A stretch of 64,000 nt of DNA, from NCBI GenBank assembly GCA_963804165.1, contig CAWDPO010000046.1, positions 288,001 through 352,000 of the forward strand. The letters are read 5' to 3'. Numbering within the stretch: position 1 is the first letter of the stretch; every line of letters begins with the position of its first letter. Shown here piece by piece: positions 1-9,652 of this stretch. Position numbers and translations under genes: made by a program. The DNA comes from an uncultured delta proteobacterium (GTDB lineage: Bacteria > Desulfobacterota > Binatia > UBA9968). The notes under the pieces were generated by a model. It searched no databases and was not told the DNA's origin. It saw only the letters and a program-made list of their open reading frames with translations.

Positions 1-148
1 GCACTGGGTGATGGTGATATTCACCCGCGCTCCCGTCTATGTTTTGCGTCCATACGCAGACGAGACGGTCGGAGAGCGACGGCGGAGGCGAAAACTCGTG
101 ATACCGTGAGCTTGTGTGTGCGGTCACTTCGGTTCTCGTGTTACTCAT
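1..148 (-). CDS. 5' part of a probable AraC-family regulator (DUF6597-like N-terminal domain), runs off the window
   Basis: Manual translation from ATG 148: MSNTRTEVTAHTSSRYHEFSPPPSLSDRLVCVWTQNIDGSAGEYHHHPV, matching the Y-x-E-x-x-P...L...C-x-W pattern of these regulators. Confidence 0.55.
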   Translation of the reverse strand, partial: MSNTRTEVTAHTSSRYHEFSPPPSLSDRLVCVWTQNIDGSAGEYHHHPV

Positions 149-338
149 ATCGAGTCCCTGATTCGAGTTAAGCTTATTCTAGTCTTCAATATAATAATTT
201 ATACGAGAGAGAGCATGGAAACCATTGGGCGTGATCGTGCTCTTGAAAGCAGCAGATCTGATTGAACTTACTTTGCGAGTCGTACGCGATGGGCTAAATG
301 CCTCGCCACTTCTTAATTTCTGGTCTATATTCGCTCCT

Positions 339-1815
339 ATGAAACACGCAATCGATCCTGAAGGCCTCCGGCTGCCAATCAAACTGGATACGACTTCGAA
401 CGGGGAGTTCGAGCCCGTCCTTTTGTCGCCAGCCAACCGCGCCGGCAACCGTCTGGCGCACGAGGCGTCGAGCGAGTACGCGAAGCGCTTGGGCGTGAGC
501 CGCCGCGATTTTCTGGTTTCGGCGTGCGGCGCGGCGAGCGCGTCTGCTCGCTTTCAATGCGGCCAACGCCGCAGCGGGGAAGCGCGGCGGATTTTTCGAG
601 CTCGAAAGCGAAGCCGCGCTCGAGCCGCAGCTCGCGCAGGCGCGAGTCGGCGGCAAGGGTGAATTTATCTTCGACGTGCAGGGGCACTTCGTCGATCCGA
701 CCGGCGCGTGGGTCAAGACGGCGCCGGCCGATGCATTCAAGTGGTCGCCCAAAGCGGGCTGCGGCCTCGCCGCCAAACCCGGCGCGCGCAGCCATCTCCA
801 TTGTCTCGGACCGGAGGAATTCGTCAAAGACGTTTTTCTCGACAGCGACACCGACATGATGGTGCTCTCGTTCGTGCCCTCGCGCCGTGACGCCGAACCA
901 CTGACGATCCAGGCGGCGGATGCAGTGCGCCGAATCGTCGACCGCATGGAAGGTACCCATCGGCTGTTGCTCCACGGCCGGATCAATCCGAATCAACCGG
1001 GTGATCTCGAGTCGATGGATGAGCTGCAAGAGCGCTGGAAAGTTAGCGCGTGGAAGACCTACACCCAGTGGGGCGTGGACGGCAAGGGCTTCTTCCTGTC
1101 AGACGACGTCGGTACGCGCTTCATCGAGAAGGCGCGCGCGCTCGGCGTAAAAGTGATCTGCGTGCACAAGGGACTGCCGTTTGGCAGGCAGTCCTACGAG
1201 CACAGCCAATGCAGCGACATCGGCGTTGTCGCCAAGCGCTTCCCGGACGTAAGCTTTCTCGTCTATCACTCGGGGTTCGTCACCGGCGTTTCCGAGCGCG
1301 CTTACACCGGGCGCGGCGCGAACGATGGTATCGACACACTCATCCGCTCGCTGGTCGAGAACGGCGTGAAACCGAACAGTAACGTTTTCGCCGAGCTCGG
1401 CAGTACGTGGCGCTTTTTGATGCGCGATCCCACGAGCGCGGCCCATGCCCTCGCTAAGCTCATCAAGTATTGCGGCGAGAACAACGTGTTGTGGGGCACG
1501 GACTCGATCTGGTACGGCTCACCGCAGGACCAGATCCAGGCGTTTCGCGTTTTCCAGATCGCGCCCGAGCTGCGCGCGATGTACGGCTACCCCGAGATCA
1601 CCTCGACGCTGCGCGCTAAGATTTTTGGCTTGAACGCAGCCCGGGTTTACGCCATAAGTGCCGACGAAGTGAAGAAGCACACACGGGCGGACGGCGTCGC
1701 CCGCGAGCGCCACGCCTATCGCGAGCACCCTGAGCCGCACTATCTCACCTATGGGCCAAAAACCCGGAGAGAGTTTTTAAATCTGCTGCGCTGGAACGGC
1801 GGATCGCGGACTTAA
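339..1815 (+). CDS. Amidohydrolase-2 family protein with Tat-like RR motif; frameshift near 543
   Basis: ORF 225..662 (from Met 339: LPIKLDTTSNGEF...SRRDFLVSACGAA) joins ORF 676..1815 via LLAFNAANAAAGKRGGFFELE; motifs DVQGH, CVHKG, YHSG, WGTDSIW. Confidence 0.8.
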
Positions 1816-1828
1816 CAGACTCGGAGTG

Positions 1829-1911
1829 CGTTCAAAACGTTCAAGCCGTTCAAATCGTTCAAAACGTCTGGAACGGAAGCGCGTTCAATGTTCAAGGTTC
1901 AACCGTTCAAG
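1829..1911. repeat. Tandem GTTCAA-core 9-mer and 7-mer repeats
   Basis: CGTTCAAAA CGTTCAAGC CGTTCAAAT CGTTCAAAA, then GTTCAAT GTTCAAG GTTCAAC, between convergent genes. Confidence 0.85.
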
Positions 1912-2052
1912 GACCGGACAGGGATGGATGATTCCATTCGTCCATTCCGCATGAACGGCTGGGGATGACGACGCGAGGTTTAGCAAGCTGGAACGCTTTC
2001 GAGTCGCGCCTAGCGAGCGATTCGCGAAGCGCATTTTCGCGCACGGGACTAA

Positions 2053-2545
2053 TCAATAAATACCGAGAACTAGGCCGGCGGCGAGGGTGGCGCCGATCTC
2101 TTCGCAGCGCGTTAAATCGTAATCGCCGATCTGCTTTGGCGCAAGAATCTCTGCCGGCGTCTGGGCGTAGGTGCAGACGATGACGGGATCTGCGATTTTT
2201 TTCAAACGCAAGCCGGTTGCAATGCGTTCGATCTGGCGAGCGGCGTTTTCGCCGTCGCTGCCGGCGCAGATCAGGGTTGCGTAGGGACGTCCGTTTATGC
2301 GGTCGAGGACGGGATAGTAGGTGCGGTCGAAGAAGTCTTTCATCATGCCGGACATCATGGCGAGATTTTCCGGCGTCGCGAAGATGTAAGCGTCGGCTTC
2401 GAGCAGCTCGTCCGCGCCGGCTTCGCCGGCGTGAATGAAGTTGACTTCGACGTCGGGTTCAGAGCCGGCACCCGCTGGCGGCGGCTTGGGCCATTTGATG
2501 GGTGCCGCCGGTTTTGGAGTGAAAGACAATTAGAAGTTTCTTCAT
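2053..2545 (-). CDS. Flavodoxin-like NAD(P)H-dependent FMN reductase family protein; frameshift near 2478
   Basis: ATG 2545 gives MKKLLIVFHSKTGGTHQMAQAA (FMN phosphate loop), continuing in ORF 2053..2529 with ATPENLAMMSGMMKDFFDR and AGSDG. Confidence 0.85.
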
Positions 2546-2648
2546 CGGGATTATTATTTAATCACAACAGCGCGGAAACATCTCAACGACAGAACCGTGA
2601 TTTCAAAAGATGCAAGTCGGGAGTTCGAAGCACTCTTGAAAAAATTGT

Positions 2649-3616
2649 TCACTCGGTGGACCTCAGCGACTGGCTGACGAGCCGCATTCTTTGCGGACAT
2701 AAAGCGATGATGAGCCCGTCGATGAAGCCTTCGTCGTCCAATTCTTTGAGCCAGTGCAGGTTCCATAGCGCGAGCGGGTTTTCGACGGCTGCGCCGTATT
2801 CGTGCCTGGCGATCTCGTTGGTGTTCACTACGGCCTCGACGGTCGGATAGGGTTTCACACGCAGCATCTCGGCGATGGAATCCACCTGGCGGCGCAGCTC
2901 GCCGGCATCGGATACTTTCATCAAGCGCATGGGCTCTTCGGCGATGATTTGCATCGCATCCTCTCTTTTGTAAATCAGCAGAGCGAGGGCGTGGACCACA
3001 GCCTTTACGTAATCCTTCATGAGCGCGGGATTATCCCGAAGGGAAGTCGAGAAAGGCAGGCTTGCGCGAAGTTGCTGACGATTTCGGCTTCCGGCACCGC
3101 AAAGGTTTTCAATCCCGCGGCGAGTGCCGGAGGCAAATAAATCGGCGCGATAAAGCAGGCGGCGCATTCGCCTGAGACAACCTTTTTCCACTGCTGCCAG
3201 CGGCCGATCTCTTTGTCTTTGACGATGATTGTCTTGACGTCTTTCTCAAGGCCCATCTTGCGCAACCAGAGTGTGACCGTGTACGGCCGCCCGAGGTCGC
3301 GCACCGCCATGGTCTTGCCGCGAAGTTCTTCTAACGACTTGAAAGTTTGCGGCACGACGAGTTGCAGCCCGCGGTGGATCTGCGGCGCGCAGAAAAACGT
3401 CACCTTCCGGCCGTTGGCGGCCTCGGTGTGGAGATATTCGATGTGCTCGATGATGACGTCGCAGGAATTATTGAACAGCGCCGCTTCGAATTTCTCTCGG
3501 TCCTCGATCTGCACGACCTCGACGGTGACACCGTAGTGCCGTTCGGCCATCGCCTTGATGCAGTAGATGACAGGCGTGCGATCGTTGTCCCGATAGGCAA
3601 GCCTGACGGTTCTCAA
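2649..3616 (-). CDS. NMT1/SsuA-like solute-binding-fold protein; frameshift near 3050
   Basis: ORFs 3017..3616 and 2649..3191 join (FAQAC/STSLRDNPALMKDY); SLEELRGKTMAV and KPYPTVEAV motifs; no obvious signal peptide. Confidence 0.7.
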
Positions 3617-3633
3617 GATTCACTCCTTGCTGG

Positions 3634-4359
3634 CTAGAAGGGTCCAGCGGGGAGGGCAGGCCACGAGGAGAGCAGCTTACCGTACCCGTTGATCGAGTAA
3701 CGCCGTCCGAGCTTGGAAAGTATCAACCAGAGCATGGCTGGATTGCTGGCGATGATGGGAAGATTTAGCTCGGCCTCCAGCTTCGCGAGAACCGGCAAAG
3801 GATCGAGGAGCGCGCCCTGAAAATAGATCGCGTCCACGTTCGAATACTGCGCGAGCGCGCTCCGTGTCATGGATTCCACGTCACTGGAGGTAAGCTTCTG
3901 GGCGTCGGTGACGGTGCGCAGAGTTTGCGGCGGATAATACGACTGGATGCCGAATTCGGCGAGATAGTCGTGATACATTTTCTTGAGCTGATCGTCCACC
4001 GGCGTCATCAGTAGGATTCGTTTTGCGGCGAATGCACTTTAACCCGGCCACCGAGGATCTGAAGCGCAAGCGACACGGGAACCTTCAGGGCCGCCGGAAA
4101 CCCGTTCCCACATGCCCGGGTTGAGCGCTTCCTTGGGCGCACCGCTGATGATCAGGCCGTCCCAATGGTGTTGCTCGATTAACTCCGTGACTTGCTCTAT
4201 CAGGGCATCGACCTTGCCCTGGACGTCATAGATCGAAGTTTTCGGACCGGCTTCTTGAACGATGGTGAACTCGACGTCCTTGGGGATCAGCGCCTTGAAG
4301 CTATCGTGGTGCGGGCTGGCCGGCGCGCTGGAGCCGACGAAGCCGATTTTCGTTTGCAT
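3634..4359 (-). CDS. Maleate isomerase / arylmalonate decarboxylase (Asp/Glu racemase fold) homologue; three +1 indels at about 4035-4095
   Basis: Reconstruction WERVSAALKVPVSLALRSSVAGLKAFAAKRILLMTPV; C-terminal LEAELNLPIIASNPAMLW...GYGKLL typical of the family. Confidence 0.75.
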
Positions 4360-4392
4360 GAAATCTCCCATTCGGGTGTCAAACTGAACGGA

Positions 4393-4587
4393 TTACTTCG
4401 ATGTCTGCTCCGACGCCAGCGAACCGCGAATGCCCCAGTTTTCCTTTTCCGTGTCATGAAAAAGGATATTGAGCGACTCGGGCTTGATGCTCAACACGTC
4501 TTCGAAGTCTTTAGAAATTCGTTTGACCATTTCGCTTTTCTGTTCTTTGGTTCTTCCCGCGTACATGTAGATGTGGACGACTGGCAT
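4393..4587 (-). CDS. 4-oxalocrotonate tautomerase family protein
   Basis: MPVVHIYMYAGRTKEQK...ENWGIRG; catalytic Pro1; GGAGG RBS upstream. Confidence 0.9.
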   Translation of the reverse strand: MPVVHIYMYAGRTKEQKSEMVKRISKDFEDVLSIKPESLNILFHDTEKENWGIRGSLASEQTSK

Positions 4588-4728
4588 AGAGACCTCCGAT
4601 GGTTTGAAAGTTGCCTTAAGCAATATGAAAGCCCGCGCAGAAAGGCAACAGTTCGTCCGCCTCAATCTCTTGACAGCGATGGGCCGTTAGTAAGAGGATA
4701 CGCTTCGAACGCTGCGGGAGGCATGAAC

Positions 4729-4917
4729 ATGGAAAAAATCATTGCCGTTTGGCTGGGATTAGCAGTTTCGGAACAAACTTCCTTCCTGATCAAATCAGGA
4801 ATTTTTCTGTCGGTTTGCGGCGCGACTTTGTTTGTCGCGTTGGCGGCAAGTTATCCCGCGGTCCATGACACTCTGCACAATGTTCGCCACGCGTTAGCCG
4901 TAGTTCCTTGTCATTAG
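4729..4917 (+). CDS. cbtB: CbtB-like small membrane protein (putative cobalt/metal transporter subunit)
   Basis: GGAGG RBS, one hydrophobic segment, C-terminal HDTLHNVRHALAVVPCH matching the CbtB H-x3-H-x-x-R-H...PCH motif. Confidence 0.75.
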   Translation: MEKIIAVWLGLAVSEQTSFLIKSGIFLSVCGATLFVALAASYPAVHDTLHNVRHALAVVPCH

Positions 4918-4936
4918 CAGACTGCTGAAAAACTTT

Positions 4937-5036
4937 GGAGTCCTTCGACGACGCTGCTCAGGACGAGCGGAGGAGTTCTGATATTCTTGTCCATTTTCCG
5001 TTCTGAGCATGTCAAAGCATGAGGCTATCGAAGCAT
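4937..5036. repeat. Dispersed ~90-100 bp palindromic element, copy 1 of 3
   Basis: GGAGTCCTTCGAC..GCTCAGGACGAGCGG...TTTCCGTTC..TGAG....TCGAAGCAT shared with 10672 and 31820. Confidence 0.8.
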
Positions 5037-6054
5037 TCCGAACCCGTTTTTAGCGGGCTGGTAGTTTTCTGCGTCTCCATTTCTTTGCTCCAGGGCTCAG
5101 CCCTTCGAGCTGAAGGTCTCAATATTTACTTTAAGACAACGCCACGGGTCGAGTTGCTCCGCCCCTTTGCCGATCCGGTGAGCATGTCGTTGTTGATTAC
5201 CGGCGCCGACGGCCGGCCGGTGAAACAGGGCGTGGTGGACATTCGCCTGGACGCCCCTAAGCCGGGAAGAATTTTCTCGACGGATTTTCCGCTCGTCGAG
5301 GGGACGCGTTTGAGTGAAATGCGCCTATCGTTGCGCCAGGGCAAAGTCAATTGGGTCGTCCTCCTGCCAATTCGGGGCAAGTATCAACTGGCCGTTGACG
5401 CGATCACCGCCGACGGCAAAAGCGCGAGCAAGATTTTTGTTTTTACCGTCCGCGAGAACGAGAAGAAGTGGTTTATCCTCGGCGGATTTTCTCTCGGTCT
5501 GTTGTTTCTCGGCTTTGCCGCGGGGCGAATTTTTACACAAAGCAAACCGGTTTTGTCGCTATTCGTTGGTATGACGTTGTTATCCGGATCGGCGCCTTGC
5601 GCCAACGCCCAACGAATCGCGAGCGGACGTGCCGACCGCGGTTTTGGCAGCGGCGCCGGCAACCGTCGGCCAACCCAGTCTGGTGCGCTGGAGCATGAAC
5701 AGATCCAGCGAAGGCGAAACGACGACGGCGGCGCTGACTCTGGCGATCACGCACTTGGAGAAAGGTAAGATCGTTTTTGCGCTCGAGAAACTGCCCGTGC
5801 AGAGCGAATTCTCAATGAAATTTCATTTTACGGACGGCGCGGAGTATCGCATTAGGACAATTGCGGAGCTTCCCGGACGCCGGCCGATTCTCAACGAGCA
5901 GGTCCTTTCGGTCACGGGTGTCGAGCCGCCGGTCAAGGCGATGGTACCGGCGCTGTCGTATTTCATATTCGTGATTGCCTTGGGATTGGGCGTAGGGCGT
6001 TGGACGAAGCGGCGGTCGAGCGCTGAGTCATCAACTTTCCCTCCGCAGCAATAA
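5019..6054 (+). CDS. Uncharacterised exported/membrane protein, two beta-rich domains each followed by a TM helix; frameshift near 5625
   Basis: ORFs 5019..5768 and 5629..6054 overlap; signal-like N-terminus, TM WFILGGFSLGLLFLGFAAG and ALSYFIFVIALGLGVG; start uncertain (lies in a repeat). Confidence 0.6.
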
Positions 6055-6088
6055 AAAGGGCGTTCGCCTTGTCGACGAACGCCCTTTT
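6054..6088. terminator. Bidirectional intrinsic terminator
   Basis: AAAAGGGCGTTCG-loop-CGAACGCCCTTTT between convergent genes. Confidence 0.8.
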
Positions 6089-6110
6089 CGCGAGTAGCAA
6101 ATATCGCGGA

Positions 6111-6914
6111 CTAATTTTCCGACACGTCGATCAGCACGCCATCGGGATCGGCCATTTGAAACTGGCCGAAGCAGCAGGAGGCGAGGAGTTTTTGTCGTAC
6201 TTCGCGCTCCGGGTTTTTCTCCGGCCGATCTTCGCGAGTCGCGTCAAAAAGATGTGAATGCTTTTCCAAATCGGCTTTGAATGCTGACATGCTCTCGACC
6301 TTGAAGCCGATGTGGTCGAGCGCCGGCCGCTCGATGCCCGAGCCATAGAAATCAGAAATCTTCCACGGCATGACCGCCAGAGTGACTTTACCGTCCGACA
6401 GGTAACGATTGGGATCACCGGATGGTTTTTCCAGCTCGGTCAGTTCGAAGACATCGCGATAAAATTCGGCGCACTCTTCCGGCTCGACGCAGCGCAGGCC
6501 GAAGTGGCCGATACGGCGTTTGCGATCCTCAACTTTATCGGTGTAGATGTCGCGGCGGTTTTCCATGTTCGCCTGCGACAGATCGAAAACGTTGCCCATT
6601 GGGTCGTGCATGCTGATGCCGGCAAAGGGGCGGTTGCTCGGCCGATGGAGCACTTGGATTTTGGGATATTTTTCTTTTAGCCGGGAAAACACGACCTCGA
6701 CGTCCTGCACTTCGAACCCGAAGTGATCGAAGCCCGCCTGGCGGCCCGGTGCGCGCGGGTTGAGATTCAACCCCACGTAACCGTCGCCGACGACCACAGC
6801 GCCGCCTGCGCGCTGTAAGCTCGAACGACGCATGCCGAACACATCTCTATAAAAATCGCCTTCGTTATTCGCGTTGCTGGTCACGATCGCCATATGGCGC
6901 ATTTGTGCAAACAT
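6111..6914 (-). CDS. Two-domain VOC (glyoxalase/extradiol dioxygenase fold) protein
   Basis: RHMAI, DHFGFEV, DPMGNVFDL; second domain GHFGL, DHIGFKV, DPDGVLIDV; GGAGG RBS. Confidence 0.85.
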   Translation of the reverse strand: MFAQMRHMAIVTSNANNEGDFYRDVFGMRRSSLQRAGGAVVVGDGYVGLNLNPRAPGRQAGFDHFGFEVQDVEVVFSRLKEKYPKIQVLHRPSNRPFAGISMHDPMGNVFDLSQANMENRRDIYTDKVEDRKRRIGHFGLRCVEPEECAEFYRDVFELTELEKPSGDPNRYLSDGKVTLAVMPWKISDFYGSGIERPALDHIGFKVESMSAFKADLEKHSHLFDATREDRPEKNPEREVRQKLLASCCFGQFQMADPDGVLIDVSEN

Positions 6915-6988
6915 GGTCGTTCCTCCCTTAGGATGTCGAGATAACCACAAAGTAGTTGAATGTAGCGTCAGTTGTCAATGGATATTGG

Positions 6989-7049
6989 GTAGGGGTGACC
7001 CTATGTGGTCGCCCGTCCGGGAGGGCAGACACACGGGTCTGACTCCTAC
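6989..7049. repeat. GTAG-type REP doublet
   Basis: GTAGGGGTGACCCTATGTGGTCGCCC...GGGCAGACACACGGGTCTGACTCCTAC. Confidence 0.7.
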
Positions 7050-7062
7050 ATCCTTTTGAACC

Positions 7063-8526
7063 TCAAACGTTGACGACCACGACGCCTTTAGGTTCGAGAT
7101 AGTAGTCCAGGGCTTCGGGGCCGTGCTCGCGGCCGACGCCGCTCGACTTGACGCCGCCGAAGGGCAACTCGTCGTAGCCGTAGTGGAGCGAGTTGACCCA
7201 CACGTTGCCGGCCTGGAGTTTGTCGATGGCTTTGTTGGCGTGCAATAGATTACGCGTCCAGATCGACGAGCCGAGGCCGAATTCCGAAGAATTCGCCTTT
7301 TCCAGCGCTTCGTCCAGTGTCTTGAAGGTGTAGACCGGCAGGGCTGGGCCGAAAACTTCCTCCTTGGTCATGCGCGCGTCGTCGGGCACGTTGGTCATCA
7401 AAGTCGGCAGATAGAAAAAGCCCTTGTCGAAGTCGCCGCCTTTTGGCCGCTCGCCGCCGAATAACACTTTGGCGCCGCGCGCTTTGGCGTCTTCCACTTG
7501 TTCTTCGACCTCCTGGCGCTGCGAGCCGATGTGGATCGGTCCCATGCGGGTTTCTTTGCTCATGCCGTTGCCGACGGTTTTCTTTTTGAGGATTTCGACC
7601 AGGCCGCCGACGAAGTTATCTGCAATCGATTCCTGCAGGAATAGGCGCTTCACACCGAGGCACATCTGGCCGCAATTAAAATAGCGGCCGACGTCGGCCA
7701 TCTTCACGGCGAGATCGACATTGGCATCTTCCATGACGATCATTGGATCGCTGCCGCCCAATTCCAACGTCACGCGTTTGATCTCGCGCCCGGCAACTTC
7801 CATGACGTGACGACCCACCGGTGTCGAACCGGTGAAGGCGATGCGGCGGATGCGCGGGTTGCGCAGCAGCTCCTCGCCGACGCTGCCGCCCGGTCCGGTA
7901 ACGATATTGACCGTGCCTTTGGGCAAGGTCTTTTGTGCTTTGCCTTCACCGAAGGTCGCCTGGGCGATCAGCTCGATGACTTTGATCGTTGCCAGCGGCG
8001 TCGTGCTCGCCGGTTTAATGATGATCGTGTTGCCGGCGGCCAACGCGGGGCCGAGCTTGGTGCCCATCAACGTCAGAGGAAAGTTCCAGGGCACGATGCC
8101 GCCGCAAACTCCGATCGGTTGGCGCACGACCATGCCGTAGGCGCCTTTTTGCGGCAGCGGCACGTGCGAGCCGCGCACTTTCGAGGAGAGTCCGGCGTAG
8201 AATTCCAAACCGTGAACCAGATGGTGAATTTCCAAACCGGCTTCGAACAGCGTCTTCCCTTGCTCCTGAGTGAGCAGCTGAGCGATTTCGCCGCTGTTTT
8301 TCTTGATCAATTCGCCTGCGTTCATCAGCGCATTGCCGCGGTCTTCCGGCGAGACGTCGGACCAGACTTTGAAAGCTTCCTCGGCCGCCTGAATCGCCTG
8401 TTGTACGTCCTTGTCGTTGCCCTGCGGCACGGTATCCACCGTCGCGCCCGTGGCGGGATTGCGCACTTCGGTCGTGTTTTTGGTTACCGAGTCGACGGAC
8501 TCGCCGCCGATAAACATCTTGGCCAT
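7063..8526 (-). CDS. NAD(P)-dependent aldehyde dehydrogenase
   Basis: PWNFP, FTGSTPVG, LELGGSDP, GQMC (catalytic Cys), EEVFGP, PFGGVKSSG. Confidence 0.95.
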   Translation of the reverse strand: MAKMFIGGESVDSVTKNTTEVRNPATGATVDTVPQGNDKDVQQAIQAAEEAFKVWSDVSPEDRGNALMNAGELIKKNSGEIAQLLTQEQGKTLFEAGLEIHHLVHGLEFYAGLSSKVRGSHVPLPQKGAYGMVVRQPIGVCGGIVPWNFPLTLMGTKLGPALAAGNTIIIKPASTTPLATIKVIELIAQATFGEGKAQKTLPKGTVNIVTGPGGSVGEELLRNPRIRRIAFTGSTPVGRHVMEVAGREIKRVTLELGGSDPMIVMEDANVDLAVKMADVGRYFNCGQMCLGVKRLFLQESIADNFVGGLVEILKKKTVGNGMSKETRMGPIHIGSQRQEVEEQVEDAKARGAKVLFGGERPKGGDFDKGFFYLPTLMTNVPDDARMTKEEVFGPALPVYTFKTLDEALEKANSSEFGLGSSIWTRNLLHANKAIDKLQAGNVWVNSLHYGYDELPFGGVKSSGVGREHGPEALDYYLEPKGVVVVNV

Positions 8527-8552
8527 CAGTTAACCTCCATCGAATTAAAAAA

Positions 8553-8586
8553 GTTCCAAACGTTCAAATCGTTCAAGCCGTTCCAA
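8553..8586. repeat. Tandem GTTCAA-core 9-mer repeats
   Basis: GTTCCAAAC GTTCAAATC GTTCAAGCC GTTCCAA, same units as 1829. Confidence 0.75.
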
Positions 8587-8629
8587 TAGTAAACTCGGAT
8601 CGAAACGCAACAGTGCGGAACGGGAATGA

Positions 8630-9421
8630 TTATTTTCCCTTGAATTGTGCGGTGCGTTTTTCGAGATAGGCTTTGACGCCTTCTTGACCGTCTTCGCTGG
8701 CGAATGTTTGCGCGAGCAGTTCTCTTTCGAATGCCAGTCCATCCGGCAATGAGAGTTCGAGGCCGGTCTGAATCGCGCGCTTGACTTTGCCGACGGCGAG
8801 GCTGCTCTTGTTCGGCACGATGAACTGGCGCGCGTAGTCCATCACTTCCTGCATGAAGTTGTCTTTTTCGTAGATGTAATGAACCAAACCTATTTCGAGG
8901 GCTTCTTCGAAAGCGATCGTTTTGCCGGTGGCGCAGAGCTCCAGGGCGCGGGCTTTGCCAACCAGGCGCGGTAACCGCTGGGTGCCGCCCATGCCCGGCA
9001 TGACTCCTAGATTGATCTCGGCGAGACCGACCTTGCCGCCTTCTTTTTTGGCGATGCGGATGTCGCAGGCCATGGCGATCTCCAGACCTCCGCCGACGGC
9101 GTGGCCGTTGATCGCGGCGATGACGATCTTCGGCGTGTTTTCCAGTCGCATGAGGACTTCGTGGCCGTGCAGCGCAAAATTATTCTTAAAGCCAAGCGAC
9201 TGCTTGGAGAGCATGTTAATGTCGGCGCCAGCAGAGAAGAACTTTTCCACTTTGCCGGTGATGACGATCGCGTGGACGTTGTCGTCGAAGCGGGCGTCTA
9301 AAATCGCCGCGTCTAATTCCTTCAATAAATCGGTGGTGTAACTATTTACCGGCGGGCGATTGATTTCCACAACCGCGATGCCGTTATCGACGCGATATTC
9401 GATCATTTTTCCGTCTGCCAT
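8630..9421 (-). CDS. Enoyl-CoA hydratase/isomerase (crotonase) family protein
   Basis: FSAGADI, AINGHAVGGGLEIAMACDIR, EINLGVMPGMGGTQRL. Confidence 0.95.
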   Translation of the reverse strand: MADGKMIEYRVDNGIAVVEINRPPVNSYTTDLLKELDAAILDARFDDNVHAIVITGKVEKFFSAGADINMLSKQSLGFKNNFALHGHEVLMRLENTPKIVIAAINGHAVGGGLEIAMACDIRIAKKEGGKVGLAEINLGVMPGMGGTQRLPRLVGKARALELCATGKTIAFEEALEIGLVHYIYEKDNFMQEVMDYARQFIVPNKSSLAVGKVKRAIQTGLELSLPDGLAFERELLAQTFASEDGQEGVKAYLEKRTAQFKGK

Positions 9422-9652
9422 GATCGTTCCTCCTGATTAAGAATCCGTAATTTCAATTAGCTGGCATCCCATCGCAAGTCAAGACGACGAATTGCAACTA
9501 TCGAGTGCCGGTTTCGAGCTAACTTCGAAAGGCGGGGGGTGTTTTTCTCATAATCGGCCTGCCGCGTTCAACAATAACACGTGCGATGGAGTTTGGAATC
9601 GTTTAGGAACTATGGCATGAAGTAGCAAATTTCACCCGTGCGAGGAGGCAAG

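Noticed and set aside
9613-9627. Sigma-54-like TGGCA...GCA upstream of the deacetylase
   Set aside because: GG-to-GC spacing is 9 nt, not the required 10.
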